A stretch of DNA of 64,000 nt from assembly GCA_002269645.1 (NCBI GenBank), contig NIVC01002364.1:95813-159812 (forward strand). Reading direction: 5' to 3'. The position numbers and the translations under genes were made by a program. The notes beneath the pieces were generated by a model. The model saw only the letters and a list, made by a program, of their open reading frames with translations, did not search any database and was not told the origin of the DNA. The stretch comes from Macrostomum lignano. Taxonomy: Eukaryota. Positions 1 through 20,364 of the stretch are shown in pieces (positions within the stretch are counted from its first letter, which is position 1; each line of letters starts with the position of its first letter).

Positions 1-170
1 GACAGGAGATATTTACCTGTTAGACATGTTAGACAGGAGATCTTTATCTGTTAGACATGTTAGACAGGAGATATTTACCTGTTAGACATGTTAGACAGGA
101 GATTCTCACCTGTTAGACATGTTAGACAGGAGATCTTTACCTGTTAGACAGGAGAACTTTGCCTGTTAGA
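1..170. repeat. 31-bp minisatellite
   Basis: Unit ACCTGTTAGACATGTTAGACAGGAGATATTT. Confidence 0.85.
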
Positions 171-305
171 CACGAAATCTTAAGCCATTAGATAGTAGTA
201 TTTTCAATTAAACAAAGAACTGCTAGACAGGAAAAGATTTCATAAATTACGACTAAATGTGTCTGAAACTCCCAAAATCTGATCAGTTAGAAAATTCGAG
301 CTTAC

Positions 306-5847
<5,542 letters not shown>

Positions 5848-6016
5848 TATTTGTTAGAAATAAATAAATAAAACTATCACACTAGTTGTTTGAATTCCTC
5901 TAGTTAAAAAGATAAACCAGAATAAACTAGTTCCATATTTTCTCGTATTTACACCAGTTTTTCAGTCGGGCCACGATCTGTTTCATAGAAATAGCTCTGC
6001 TCTGCTCTCTCTGTCT

Positions 6017-6045
6017 CTCATTGGCTGAAATCGCGCCAACCAATC
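6017..6045. promoter_or_regulatory. Paired inverted CCAAT boxes, candidate ITPR-like promoter
   Basis: ATTGG and CCAATCAG lie ~170-200 bp upstream of the ITPR-like ATG in a short GC-richer patch. Confidence 0.3.
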
Positions 6046-6409
6046 AGGGCCGGCTGCACCAGCATTCAGCTTATTACAATACAAATGGTTACTAAGCACA
6101 GACATGAGTTGTATGATTCATACTAAAAAGCCTGCAGTTATTTAAAAGTTCATTTTTTGTTAATTGGCTTTCAATTGAAAAAGTTTGAAATGCTCTGGAA
6201 CCGGATTCTGAGACCTTTTTCACGACCTCAGTTGATTTTAACAAAAGCGAGTGCTTTCTGGAAGGCCTTGCTAACGTTTTTAATTGGAATTGAGGGCCTC
6301 TTTGCATCTTCTGCTTTATTTTTTAAGGGAAAATTTGAACAGAAGAATGGAGCTTCACAATTTTCAATTATTTAATTTAAGCTAATGAGTTTCAATAATG
6401 GAAAGGAAA

Positions 6410-6870
<461 letters not shown>

Positions 6871-7494
6871 GACAAACACTGAAAGACAGGCAATAGGACA
6901 AACACTGAAAGACAGGCAATAGAGCAGACACGAACTTGAATTTCCAGAAGCAGCCAAGGCTAGCCTGAGCAGAGCAAGGAACTGGAGAATGCCGCACTGT
7001 CTATGGTCGATACAAATCTGCCGGCCTGTCTATCCCCGTCAATCAAACTTCTGGCCTTCAGTCTCTAAGGAGACGCCGCGTGAACTCTTAACTGGCTTGA
7101 TTCTTGCGCTCAAGTTGAGAAAATCTTTTGGAATCCGAAAGCCCAAGGCAAGGATTGCTAGATAAAAATGAGAAAATCCTCCTTGCTCGCTTCTTCATTT
7201 TTCTGCTTTCGCAGATACTGTGAGTTCTTAGAAAACTCAAGTTTTTTCTTCAGTACGGAAATGCAACGTCTGTGGGTGCTCGAGTTCCAGATTCTAGCAA
7301 AAGCAAATCTAAGAGTCCTGTTCTCATTAGGCTGCGCAGAGTACACGAACAGAGGGCGATTAATATTCGTAGCTTTTTTGGAAGCAAAGAATAATTAAAA
7401 AATACCTGCTTCTTCCGATTGCAAAGGTCGACCAGGCCAGATTGACTTTTTATTTAACAGCGCAACGGAAACAACTTCTTTTCGCTCATAATGA

Positions 7495-7860
7495 GCCACC
7501 CAAAGCGGCACCCAAAGCGGCACCCAAAGCGCAACCCAAAGTGCCACCCAAAGCGCAACCCAAAGTGCCACCCAAAGCGCCACCCAAAGCACCACCCAAA
7601 GCACCACCCAAAGTGCCACCCAGAGCGCCACCCAAAGCGCCACCCAAACCACCACAAAAGCGCCCACAAGGGGCCACCTGAAGCGCCACCCAAAGCGCCA
7701 CCCAAACCACCACAAAAGCGCCCACAAGGGGCCACCTGAAGCGCCACCCAAAGCGCCACCCAAACCACCACAAAAGCGCCCACAAGGGGCCACCTGAAGC
7801 GCCACCCAAAGCGCCACCCAAACCACCACAAAAGCGCCACCTGAAGCGCCCCCAAAGCGC
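7495..7860. repeat. 12-bp-based minisatellite with ~61-bp higher-order units
   Basis: GCGCCACCCAAA repeats. Confidence 0.9.
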
Positions 7861-8309
7861 TTCCCCTCCGCAACAGCCAATAGAAATAACTTTTTTCTAA
7901 ACTTGACCCTTCATGCCTCAGACAACTGAAAGCATTCGCGCGAAGGGCCAGCTCAAAGGTCAGCCTACCAGAGTAGGCGGTTTTTATAGAAATGTTCGGC
8001 CCATAAAACAACAAAATGCACTCAAGACGGTTTCAACTAACCTAGCTTGTAGTGTTCACTTCGATTTTGTGCTCACCTCTTGAGCACGATTTTGATGGAG
8101 CAGTGACACGAATAGGTTGACCTTTTCCAGCTCAAGTTCAAGGAAGAGAATAGTACGAAAAACACTTTTTTTACCTGGCTTGTCAACAATTTTCGAAAAA
8201 TAGGTCATAGAAACTAAATTTCTTCTTTTAGCCTGCAGTATTCCAGCGTAGTTGTCCAAACTTATAGTGCATCATATAATGAACCAGATGTTTTCTTTAA
8301 AAATCTGAT

Positions 8310-8612
8310 TATCTAGCATCACTCAGCATCACCCAGCATCATTCAGCATCACACAGCATCATTCAGCATCACCCAGCATCACCCAGCATCATTCAGCATC
8401 ACCCAGCATCACCCAATATCATCCAGCATCACTCAGTATCATCCGGCATCACCCAGCATCATCCGGCATCACCCAACATCATCCAGCATCACCCAGCATC
8501 ATCCAGCATCACCCAGCATCATTCAGCATCACCCAGCATCACCCAATATCATCCGGCATCACCCAGCATCATCCGTCATCATCCAGCATCACCCATCATC
8601 ATCCGGCATCAT
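8310..8612. repeat. ~10-bp minisatellite
   Basis: CAGCATCACC / CAGCATCATC repeats. Confidence 0.9.
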
Positions 8613-9017
8613 CTGACATTAGCCGGAATAATCGAAAACCATCTAAAATGAGCACCTTTTAAAAAACGCATTTAAAGCAAGTTTTTTGTTTATTTCTACT
8701 TATAGTAGTTATAGTAAAAACATTCAAATTAATGCGCAGTTTGTTTATTTAATTGTTAATCGATCGAAACGAAAGTTAAAACTTTCCAAATTTTCGCATG
8801 GATTCAAAATCCGGAGAAAAGTTAAGCGAGTCAGGAAAAATAGATGTTACAGATCTAATTTGTGGGAAGCAGGTTTTAGGGGCATCTGGAGTTTCACCAA
8901 AACAATTGTAGACTAAATATATTTTACGATGTTACACAATCATAACATTTTTGAGAAGCCTCAATCAATGGTATTTCAGGATGAAAGACTGCGCACAACA
9001 TTAAAGTTTCCAGGTGC

Positions 9018-12000
9018 TCAAATGAAAGCAAAATCAATAAACAAGTCATTGTCGTACACAGCAAACATGGCAACAAAGATTTTGCTGATGAAAAGAATCT
9101 GCAAGTTTGGAGATAGCGCTGTTCCACCGCCAAAAAGTCTCAGCGTAATGTAGCTTTGAGTCTCGTTCGACAAATCAGAACTCGGTGAAGATGTGACAAA
9201 GTCGGTGACATTGTCGTCTGGCCAGTGAGCTGAGGACTCAATGCTCGCAGTTGAAGTCTCAGGTTCCATGTACGCGGTTGAAGTTGTAGGATTTGCAGGG
9301 CTGAAGTTTGTTTTTAAATTTGAGAATTTGCGGTCTAACGAAAGAAGTGTGCAATGTGCTCTCTGAGAATCTGCAGGGTGTGCATTCTCCTGTCTAATCT
9401 CCCTCTGATCTCTCTGATCTCGCTTCCTCTCCTTTCTCTAATCTCACCCCTTTCTTTTCTAATCTGACTCCCTCTCCCTTCTCTAATCTCCCTCTCTCAC
9501 CTCTCCGTTTGCTAATCTCCTACTCTCACCTCTTCCTTCTCTAATCTCACTTTCTCACCTCTCTATTCTCTAATCTCCCTCTCTCACCTCTCCCTTCTCT
9601 AATCTTCCTCTCTCACCTCTCCCTTCTCTAATCTCCCTCTGTCACGTCTTTCTTCTCTAATCTCCCTCTCTCACCTCTCCGTTTTCTAATCTCCTAGTCT
9701 CACCTCTCACTTCTCTAATCTCCCTTTCTCACCTCTCACTTCTCTAATCTCGCTCTCACCTCTCAATTCTCTAATCTCACTCCCTCACCCCTCTCTAATC
9801 TCCCCCTCTCCCTTCTCTAATCTCCCTCTCTCCTATCTTCCTTCTCTAATCTCAATTTCTCACCTCTCTATTCTCTAATCTCCCTCTCTCACCTCTCACT
9901 ACTCTAATCTCGCTCTCACCTCTCACTTCTCTAATCTCACTCGCTCACCCCTCTCTAATCTCCCCCCTCTCCCTTCTCTAATCTCCCCCTCTCCCTTCTC
10001 TAATCTCCCTCTCTCCTATCTTCCTTCTCTAATCTCAATTTCTCACCTCTCTATTCTCTAATCTCCCTCTCTCACCTCTCACTACTCTAATCTCGCTCTC
10101 ACCTCTCACTTCTCTAATCTCACTCGCTCACCCCTCTCTAATCTCCCCCCTCTCCCTTCTCTAATCTCCCCCTCTCCCTTCTCTAATCTCCCTCTCTCCT
10201 ATCTTCCTTCTCTAATCTCAATTTCTCACCTCTCTATTCTCTAATCTCCCTCTCTCACCTCTCACTTCTCTAATCTCCCTTTCTCACCTCTCACTTTTCT
10301 AATCTCGCTCTCACCTCTCACTTCTCTAATCTCACTCCCTCACCCCTCTCTAATCTCCCCCCTCTCCCTTCTCTAATCTCACCCCTTCACTCACTCATCT
10401 CCCGCAGAACTCACCTGGTCTCAGCTAAATCAGTAGACTCATCTTCTTCATTCTGCCGGTTCGTACAGGCCAAGCTTCTATTGTCAGCCCTCACCAGCAC
10501 CGGCTTGCAGTCCACTGCGAATGTCCAGACGCACTCAGATGCGGTATGAGCTTCAGTCTGAGCGCTGACCAGCCTGAATTAGACAGGAGTCAGTTGTTGA
10601 AGTCTGTGAATACGCTCGTATGTGCATCAGATACATACGCCGGTTCTTACTCCCAATCTGCCTGTCACTTATTCTCACTCCTAATCTGTCTGTCACACTT
10701 ATTCTCACTCCTAATCTGTCTGTCACACTTATTCTCACTCCTAATCTGTCTGTCACACTTATTCTCACTCCTAATCTGTCTATTACACTTATTCTCACTC
10801 CTAATCTGTCTGTCACACTTATTCTCACTCCTAATCTGTCTGTCACACTTATTCTCACTCCTAATCTGTCTATCACACTTTTTCTCAATTCTAATCTGTC
10901 TGTCACACTTATTCTTACTCCTAATCTATCTGCCACACTTATTCTCACTTCTAATCTATCTGTCACACTTATTCTCACTCCTAATCTGTCTGTCACACTT
11001 ATTCTCACTCCTAATCTGTCTGTCACACTTATTCTCACTCCTAATCTGTCTGTCACACTTATTCTCACTCCTAATCTGTCTGTCACACATTTTCTCAATT
11101 CTAATCTATCTGTCACGTAATATTCTCACTCATAATCTATCTGTCACAATTATACTCAATTCTAATCTATCTGTCACGTAATATTTTCACTCCTAATCTA
11201 TCTGTCACACTTATTCTCACTCCTAATCTGTCTGTCACACTTATTCTCACTCCTTATCTGTCTGTCACACTTATTCTCACTCCTTATCTGTCTGTCACAC
11301 TTATTCTCACTCCTAATCTGTCTGTCACACTTATTCTCACTCCTAATCTGTCTGTCACACTTTTTCTCAATTCGAATCTATCTGTCACGTAATATTCTCA
11401 CTCATAATCTATCTGTCACACTTATTCTCACTCCTAATCTGTCTGTCACGTAATATTCTCACTCCTAATCTGTCTGTCACACTTATTCTCACTCCTAATC
11501 TGTCTGTCACGTAATATTCTCACTCCTAATCTGTCTGTCACACTTATTCTCACTCCTAATCTGTCTGTCACACTTATTCTCACTCCTAATCTATTCTATC
11601 TGTCACACTTTTTCTCAATTCTAATCTATCTGTCACGTAATATTCTCACTCCTAATCTGTCTGTCACACTTATTCTCACTCCTAATCTGTCTGTCACACT
11701 TATTCTCACTCCTAATCTATTCTATGTGTCACAATTATACTCAATTCTAATCTGTCAGCCATCTTCTCTCCAAACGATCTGTCACTTTCGCTTACTCGGT
11801 GCAACTCTGCTCCACAGTCCGGTAGCTGGAGCCCGTCCGATACACAGCCCGACACTCGTGCAGGCAGTGCCCTGACCAGCCAAAATATTTCCTATAGATC
11901 AGCACTCGCCCCTGGCCGCCGCTCCCGCCTCTCTCCCGCAGGACGCTGATACGGACAGGCCATAGACTATTGATGACAGCGTCGGCTAGGAATGCCAAAT

Positions 12001-14778
12001 GACGGCTGCCATTGAAGTCTGTAGAAAAATATGAATGATAAATATATGAATCTATGGGATGAAAACAACTAAATTGGTAGTACTGACAAGCTGTCTTCGT
12101 TAATTTACTTGATGCCTGAGATAACTTATGAGACTTATCATATAACAATTATCTCCAATCTTACTGACTAGATCTCTAACCCCAATGACTAGATCTCCAA
12201 CCCTCTAGATCCTCAACCATACTGACTAGATAAACACCTGTAGAAGCAAAACAAACTCATTGACGATCTTACACTGCACAACGGAGTAGCTGTACTTTAT
12301 AAACAGAGTGTTGTCGAATCCAAAATCATTGTTGATCGACGAAACTTTCGGCCAAAACTGATCCGGATTGCTCACGAACGTTGTCGTCCGATCCAAGCAG
12401 GTGAAATTTTGGTTAGAGATGTCAGTTTCAACTAGCTGACCGCCGCTTGTCAGATGCCACTGACAATTGTCAGCGGCTGGCCAAGGTGCTTCCGGAGTTG
12501 ACAAACTGCAATTTAGTAGGTTTCTTGCAAGTTAAAGCATGTCCCTTCATCTCTGTGCCTTCATCTCTGTGCCTTCATCTCTGTGCCTTCATCTCTTGGA
12601 TCTTCATCTCTGTCCCTTCATCTCTGTTCCTTCATCTCTGTGCCTTCATCTCTGTGCCTTCATCTCTGTCCCTTCATCTCTTGGATCTTCATCTCTGTCC
12701 CTTCATCTCTGTTCCTTCATCTCTGTCCCTTCATCTCTGTGCCTTCATCTCTGTGCCTTCATCTCTTGGATCTTCATCTCTGTCCCTTCATCTCTGTGCC
12801 TTCATCTCTGTGCCTTCATCTCTGTCCCTTCATCTCTTGGATCTTCATCTCTGTCCCTTCATCTCTGTTCCTTCATCTCTGTCCCTTCATCTCTGTGCCT
12901 TCATCTCTGTGCCTTCATCTCTGTCCCTTCATCTCTGTCCCTTCATCTCTGTCCCTTCATCTCTGTCCCTTCATCTCTTGGATATTCATCTCTGTCCCTT
13001 CATTTCTGTCCCTTCATCTCTGTCCCTTCATCTCTGTCCCTTCATCTCTGTCCCTTCATCTCTGCCCCTTCATCTCTGTCCCTTCATCTCTGTCCCTTCA
13101 TCTCTGTCCCTTCATCTCTGTCCCTTCATCTCTGTCCCTTCATCTCTGTCCCTTCATCTCTGTCCCTTCATCTCTGTCCCTTCATCTCTGTCCCTTCATC
13201 TCTTGGATATTCATCTCTGTCCCTTCATCTCCGTCCCTTCATCTCTTGGATCTTCATCTCTGTCCCTTCATCTCTGTCCCTTCATCTCTGTCCCTTCATC
13301 TCCGTCCCTTCATCTCCGTCCCTTCATCTCCGTCCCTTCATCTCTGTTCCTTCATCTCTGTCCCTTCATCTCTTGGATCTTCATCTCTGTCCCTTCATCT
13401 CCGTCCCTTCATCTCTTGGATCTTCATCTCTGTCCCTTCATCTCTGTCCCTTCATCTCCGTCCCTTCATCTCTGTCCCTTCATCTCCGTCCCTTCATCTC
13501 TTGGATCTTCATCTCTGTCCCTTCATCTCTGTCCCTTCATCTCGCTACTTACTCGGAACAGTTGCTAAAAGCTCCAACAGAACTGTAAGTGCACAGGCAT
13601 CGCAGACCCGTGAGATTCAATAACAATGGGAAAACATCGGAGCCTGTAGCATTGTCTCCAGTCAGCTGCTGTGTTGATCCGAGAAATTCTGGACCTGAGG
13701 CCTGGTGCAGTCCCGGCACACCGTCTATGGTCACGGTGGCTCTGGTGTAGGGCATCAGGGAACCGCCCACGTCTGCGAATGCGAACAAAATCAACGGTGG
13801 AACGGATGGAGTGACTCTTTGGTGTGATTGATCTTTTACTAGAGTGATTGTCTGGAGTGATCATATACTCGAGTCACCATCTAATTGATTGACTATCTAG
13901 TGTGACCATCTAGTGTGACCACCTGGAGTGATAACCTACTAGAGTGACTATCTGGAGTGACTATCTGGAGTGACCATCTAGAGTGACTATCTAGAGCGAC
14001 TATCTAGAGTGACCATTCTAGAGTGACCATCTAGAGTGACCATCTAGAGTGACCATCTAGAGTGACCATCTTGAGTGACCATCTAGAGTGACCATCTAGA
14101 GTGACCATCTAGAGTGACCATTCTAGTGTGACCATCTTGAGTGACCATCTTGAGTGACCATCTAGAGTGACCATCTAGAGTGACTATCTAGAATGACCAT
14201 CTAGAATGACTATCTAGAGTGACTATCTGGAGTGAGCATCTAGAGTGACCATCTAGAGTGACCATCTGGAGTGACCATCTGGAGTGACTATCTAGAGTGA
14301 CTATCTAGAGTGACTATCTGGAGTGACTATCTAGAGTGACCATCTGGAGTGACCATCTGGAGTGACTATCTAGAGTGACTATCTAGAGTGACTATCTGGA
14401 GTGACTATCTAGAGTGACCATCTGGAGTGACCATCATAGCACCGGGCATTGCAAGACTTCAGATAACTGTATAAGAACACCAATGCTCCCAAAAGCAATA
14501 ACATATAGAACTGAAACAGCATTCCAGAGTCCATAATAGCTCGTACAAACATTGAGAAAATTCTCACAGGCACAAGCAGCCAATACTCAGAGGCACTTAC
14601 ACTCGCTAGCTAAAACCATTGAATTGAGACGAGCAGTTCTACCAGATACATCCGAGCAGCCGTGGGTTTTCGTTGATGAAGCTGCAATACCCGTTGTCGG
14701 GGATGCAGCCGACAATTGGACAATGAGAATTGCCGCCGCAACGGATAGCAACTGCCTAGCAACGGGGGCAGCAACCAT
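9018..14778 (-). CDS. Orphan secreted/cell-surface protein, 431 aa, 6 exons (14778-14601, 13772-13553, 12505-12273, 12018-11796, 10573-10415, 9300-9018)
   Basis: GT-AG junctions join in frame (phases 1,2,1,2,2; 1296 nt). It has an N-terminal hydrophobic signal-like segment (QLLSVAAAILIVQLSA), a Cys-containing middle, a Ser/Thr-rich stalk and a hydrophobic C-terminus. The last acceptor was chosen to preserve frame and is the least certain junction. Confidence 0.75.
9410..10385. repeat. CT-rich intronic minisatellite
   Basis: Recurrent CTCTAATCTC core. Confidence 0.9.
10650..11757. repeat. 30-bp intronic minisatellite
   Basis: Unit CTAATCTGTCTGTCACACTTATTCTCACTC. Confidence 0.95.
12545..13542. 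repeat. 14-bp intronic minisatellite
   Basis: Unit CTTCATCTCTGTCC. Confidence 0.95.
13880..14436. repeat. 13-bp intronic minisatellite
   Basis: Unit AGAGTGACCATCT. Confidence 0.95.
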
Positions 14779-15519
14779 TCCGATCTTCTTGGCTAGCCAG
14801 TCCTGTTACGGTAGAAAGGGAGTCGATATAGGAGATATGCATACTTTTTTCCTCAGTGTAGCTATGGAAATCCCGTGAGTGAGTTTTGTGTCAGTCACCC
14901 ACGGGAAAGTGGATGGGAAAGGACACTTGTGCAAACAGACAGACAGGCAGATAGGCTCAAAAAATGAAGCTATGAAAACAAAGGAAGGATTTGAGAGGAG
15001 GGGTGAGAATGGGAGAGGGGAGAAAGTCCGGGACCCCCGCTGCCTACCAGCGGGGTGGGAAAGGATGCGAGTGGAGTAGTGGTTAATTAGCATTAATGAT
15101 GGGGAACAGGGAGCTGAGAATCGAAGGGACGGGATTTGATGGTTGAGGATTAAGAAATGTTAGAAAGAAAAATTAACTACCAGGTAGGTAGGTAGGTGGA
15201 TCCGTTGAGTGTAGGTAAATAGATTGGTAGGTGGACTGGAAGATAGGTAGGTAGATCAGTAGATAGATATACATAGATTGATTGATAGGTAGATTAGTAG
15301 ATAGGTAGGTAGATTAGTTAGGTAGATAGATTAGTACGAGCTAAAGTAGCCAGGTAACCAAGGTATTGTATGTCAGATAGATAGGTAACTCGATACTCTG
15401 GTAGTTAGATAACTATGTGGGTAGACAGGAGGTAACTAGGTAGGTATAAGGATATTAAGGAAGCTAGGTACGTTTTAAAGCAGATTAGAAGGTACAAATT
15501 AATAGACAAACGTGTAGGT

Positions 15520-15958
15520 CAGGGGTCGGCAATCCTTTTTTACCTCAAGGGGCGGATAAAAAATCCAGCTCATGGCTGCTGGTAATATGAGAGTGGAAAG
15601 GAGAGAGAATAAATGAGAGAAGAGAAGAGAAGACGAGAGAAAAAGAAGAGAAGGGAGAAAGGGAAGAGGGGAGAGAGGGGAGAGAGGGGAGAGGGGAGAG
15701 AGTGGAGTGGAGAGGGTGGAGAGAGGAGAGAGAAGAGAGGTGAGAGAAGAGAGGGAAGAGGAGAGGGGAGAGAGTAGAGGGGAGGGGAGAGAGTAGATGG
15801 GAGGGAGAGGAGAGAGGAGAGAAGGGATGGAGCTGAGAAAAGACACAAACATTGAGCGGTCTGGATGGCTATTGTGAACTTTCAGAGGACACGACGGCCG
15901 GATAGAGAGGCTTCAAGGGGCCGCATGTGACCCGCGGGCCGGAGTCAGTCGGCCCCTG
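15520..15958. mobile_element. hAT-type MITE
   Basis: Imperfect TIRs CAGGGGTCGGC / GTCGGCCCCTG, 8-bp flanks GTGTAGGT (15512-19) and ATGTAGGT (15959-66), subterminal GGGCCGCATGTGACCCGCGGGCCG, and a GA-rich filler. Confidence 0.75.
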
Positions 15959-16269
15959 ATGTAGGTATTTAAGGTGGGTAGCTAGATTTGTAGACAAGTA
16001 GAAAAAGATTGAAAATATAAGAAAATATAGAAGAAGCAGTAGTTAAACCATGTCGTCAACAATTGACATTTGAATAAACAGACGACTAAACCCAGGGGCC
16101 GACAGTTTAAACTGACTGACAGAATTCAGTACTCGCTTTGATATTGACAAGATCAAACATCACTTGAGTAAGCAGTGCAGTGAGCTGGAATTCTTTATAC
16201 TCGCTGCTATCAAACGGAAATGTTAGTTCAAAACAGCTCTAAAATTTCTTTCCGAGACAATAGACCACT

Positions 16270-18445
16270 CATGTGACAGAGGGGAGGGAGTCACTACTGT
16301 AAGAATGGCATCTCACTGCTGTGTGACAGAGAGGAGTCACTACTGTAAGAATGGCATCTCACTGCTGTGTGACAGAGAGGAGTCACTACCGTAAGAATGG
16401 CATCTCACTGCTGTGTGACAGAAGGAGTCACTACCGTAAGAATGGCATCTCATTGCTGTGTGACAGAGGAGTCACTACCGTAAGAATTGACTGTGTGACA
16501 GAGGAGAGTCACTACCGTAAGAATTGACTGTGTGACAGAGGAGAGTCACTACCGTAAGAATGGCATCTCATTGCTGTGTGACAGAGAAGTCACTACCCTA
16601 AGAATTGGCTGTGTGACAGAGGAGAGTCACTACCGTAAGAATGGCATCTCATTGCTGTGTGACAGAGGAGAGTCACTACGGTAAGAATGGCATCTCATTG
16701 CTGTGTGACAGAGAAGTCACTACCGTAAGAATTGACTGTGTGACAGAGGAGAGTCACTACCGTAAGAATGGCATCTCACTGCTGTGTGACAGAGGAGAGT
16801 CACTACCGTAAGAACGGCATCTCATTGCTGTGTGACAGAGGAGAGTCACTACCGTAAGAATGGCATCTCATTGCTGTGTGACAGAGGAGAGTCACTACCG
16901 TAAGAATTGACTGTGTGACAGAGGAGAGTCACTACCGTAAGAATGGCATCTCATTGCTGTGTGACAGAGAAGTCACTACCCTAAGAATTGGCTGTGTGAC
17001 AGAGGAGAGTCACTACCGTAAGAATGGCATCTCATTGCTGTGTGACAGAGGAGAGTCACTACCGTAAGAATGGCATCTCATTGCTGTGTGACAGAGAAGT
17101 CACTACCGTAAGAATTGACTGTGTGACAGAGGAGAGTCACTACCGTAAGAATGGCATCTCACTGCTGTGTGACAGAGGAGAGTCACTACCGTAAGAACGG
17201 CATCTCATTGCTGTGTGACAGAGGAGAGTCACTACCGTAAGAATGGCATCTCATTGCTGTGTGACAGAGGAGAGTCACTACCGTAAGAATTGACTGTGTG
17301 ACAGAGGAGAGTCACTACCGTAAGAATTGACTGTGTGACAGAGGAGAGTCACTACCGTAAGAATGGAATCTCATTGCTGTGTGACAGAGAAGTCACTACC
17401 GTAAGAATGGAATCTCATTGCTGTGTGACAGAGAAGTCACTACCGTAAGAATTGACTGTGTGACAGAGGAGAGTCACTACCGTAAGAATGGCATCTCATT
17501 GCTGTGTGACAGAGAGGAGTCACTACCGTAAGAATGGCATCTCATTGCTGTGTGACAGAGGAGAGTCACTACCGTAAGAATGGCATCTCATTGCTGTGTG
17601 ACAGAGGAGTCACTACCGTAAGAATTGACTGTGTGACAGAGGAGAGTCACTACCGTAAGAATTGACTGTGTGACAGAGGAGAGTCACTACCGTAAGAATG
17701 GAATCTCATTGCTGTGTGACAGAGAAGTCACTACCGTAAGAATTGACTGTGTGACAGAGGAGAGTCACTACCGTAAGAATGGCATCTCATTGCTGTGTAA
17801 CAGAGAGGAGTCACTACTGTAAGAATGGAATCTCATTGCTGTGTGACAGAGAAGTCACTACCGTAAGAATTGACTGTGTGACAGAGGAGAGTCACTACCG
17901 TAAGAACGGCATCTCACTGCTGTGTGACAGAGAGGAGTCACTACTGTAAGAATGGAATCTCATTGCTGTGTGACAGAGAAGTCACTACCGTAAGAATTGG
18001 CTGTGTGACAGAGGAGAGTCACTACCGTAAGAATTGACATCTCATTGCTGTGTGACAGAGAAGTCACTACCGTAAGAATTTACATCTCATTGCTGTGTGA
18101 CAGAGAGGAGTCACTACCGTAAGAATGGCATCTCACTGCTGTGTGACAGAGAAGTCACTACCGTAAGAATTGACTGTGTGACAGAGAAGTCACTACCGTA
18201 AGAATTGACTGTGTGACAGAGGAGAGTCACTACCGTAAGAATGGCATCTCATTGCTGTGTGACAGAGAGGAGTCACTACCGTAAGAATGGCATCTCATTG
18301 CTGTGTGACAGAGGAGAGTCACCACCGTAAGAATTGACTGTGTGACAGAGGAGAGTCACCACCGTAAGAATTGACATCTCATTGCTGTGTGACAGAGGAG
18401 AGTCACTACCGTAAGAATTGACATCTCATTGCTGTGTGACAGAGG
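16270..18445. repeat. 46/37-bp minisatellite
   Basis: GTGTGACAGAGGAGAGTCACTACCGTAAGAAT(GGCATCTCATTGCT | TGACT). Confidence 0.95.
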
Positions 18446-18855
18446 GAAGGCCACAGTCTCTCACTGTCAGAAGTAACTCATATAATTACTGCACAAAATG
18501 CTAAACATGATTACTTACCCGTGTGAAAATTCTCCTAGAATTTCGAATTTCGATAGAATTTCCCCAAGTGAACAACAGCGCCAATATCTGCGTTCAAAGG
18601 CTCAAGTTGGTGCAGCAGCTGAGGCTACTCAAAATATAAATGGGCAGCATTGTTGCAGTGAATTTTTGGCAAGCAGTTTTATGGTCTAACTAGTACAGAC
18701 TCTAATCAGGGGTGCATGCGATTGGTCAGATATAATTTAGGGCTGCATGCAGGCCAATGAAGTTAAGCGATGAGTGGGTATAATACTGGACCTACTAGTG
18801 AGTAGTGCAGGCGAATGCAACTATTGAATAGTGTTCTAGTACCCCCAACACTATG

Positions 18856-18986
18856 ACCAGGTGGTCTAGCACGGCGCTTTCATGTGCCAGCGGCCCAGGT
18901 TCGATTCCAAGTGCAGTTGGCATGTGCGTATGACTGCGTACGTATCCGCGCGCTTGTGTCAACGGAATGCGCCAGGTTGCACATAG
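18856..18986 (+). mobile_element. Internally deleted copy of the same SINE
   Basis: B-box GGTTCGATTCC at 18898, followed by CAAGTGCAG and the body motif ATCCGCGCGCTTGT. Confidence 0.65.
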
Positions 18987-19899
18987 CTTCCTGCCTCTAA
19001 CAGAAACCCGCCATGACCCTCTATAAGTGTAAAACCAAGTTTCATATGACCTCAGGACCCACAAGTTTCATAAAAATTGATGTATTATCATATAATTGAC
19101 TGATTCAAGCCTCAGAATCGATTACAGTCAATAGGGAAATCTGTTTCTACAGTTGCTACGGAGTGATTTTGAAGCACTATTATTATTGTAGGGCATTACG
19201 TATAGTAGCGCCTCACTTCCCCCATCTGGCGGCCACTATACAAAGACACCGGATCTTCAACTTCAAATAAAAGGCAGTCACGTCTGTTCCCCTAGCCCTG
19301 CCGACACTGCTTCAGCTGTGCCCCATTGTTCCCCAGCGTGGGCCGTGCAGACTGCCACAATGGGGCTAGCCAGAGCCGGTAGAGATGAATTATTTAATAA
19401 AAAAACTTTGAACAATAAGTGCGCCGCTAATAATAATGCATGGGCATACTACACTACCTGTGCAAGTATTATACATACGAGCTGTATAGCCTTGGCAACT
19501 ACTTGTAAGGCCCTGATATATAATAACTGATTGAGCAGCAAATTAAGTAAAATTGATTAGTCTACTTTTTCCCGATCCGTCTGGCTCTAGTTATATGGTG
19601 TCTCACAATGCACTTTCTTAAATCATATTTTAACTTTAGCACAGAATACCGGTATTGATTTTATAGCTCAAGTAAGGGTTTTTAAAGATGACAATAAAAG
19701 TATGCACTTGAATAGAGAGAGGCTTCAGCTACAGACTGAGGATATGCCTGGTGAGCAGAGAACAATACAGATCGCTAGCGAGCATTGACGTCAGCTATCT
19801 CACAATGGGAACGCCCACGCATCATTGCTACGTGCCCTCTCATTGCCTTCTCGCTACTTATGTTTTATACAGATGATGTGAAATCACTTTGTCTGCGAC

Positions 19900-20331
19900 A
19901 GGCAGATACACAGGCAGACAGACAGACAGGCGGGCAGACAGACAGGCAGACAGGCAGACAGACAGACAGACAGACAGGCGGATAGACAGACACACACACA
20001 GACAGACAGACAGACAGACACAGACAGGCAGACACAGAGACACAGACAGACAGACAGACGGACAGACAGACACATAGACAGATAGATACACAGACAGACA
20101 CACACACACAGGCAGGCAGACAGACAGACAGACAGACAGTCAGACAGACAGACAGACACAGACAGGCAGACACAGAGACACAGACAGACAGACAGACGGA
20201 CAGACAGACACATAGACAGATAGACACACAGACAGACACACACACACAGGCAGGCAGACAGACAGACAGACAGACAGACAGACAGTCAGACAGACAGACA
20301 CAGAGACACAGACAGATAGACAGACAGACAC

Positions 20332-20364
<33 letters not shown>

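Noticed and set aside
16270-18445. CRISPR-like arrays (also the 52-, 32- and 29-bp repeats)
   Set aside because: Units are contiguous with no unique spacers, there are no cas genes, and the context is eukaryotic.
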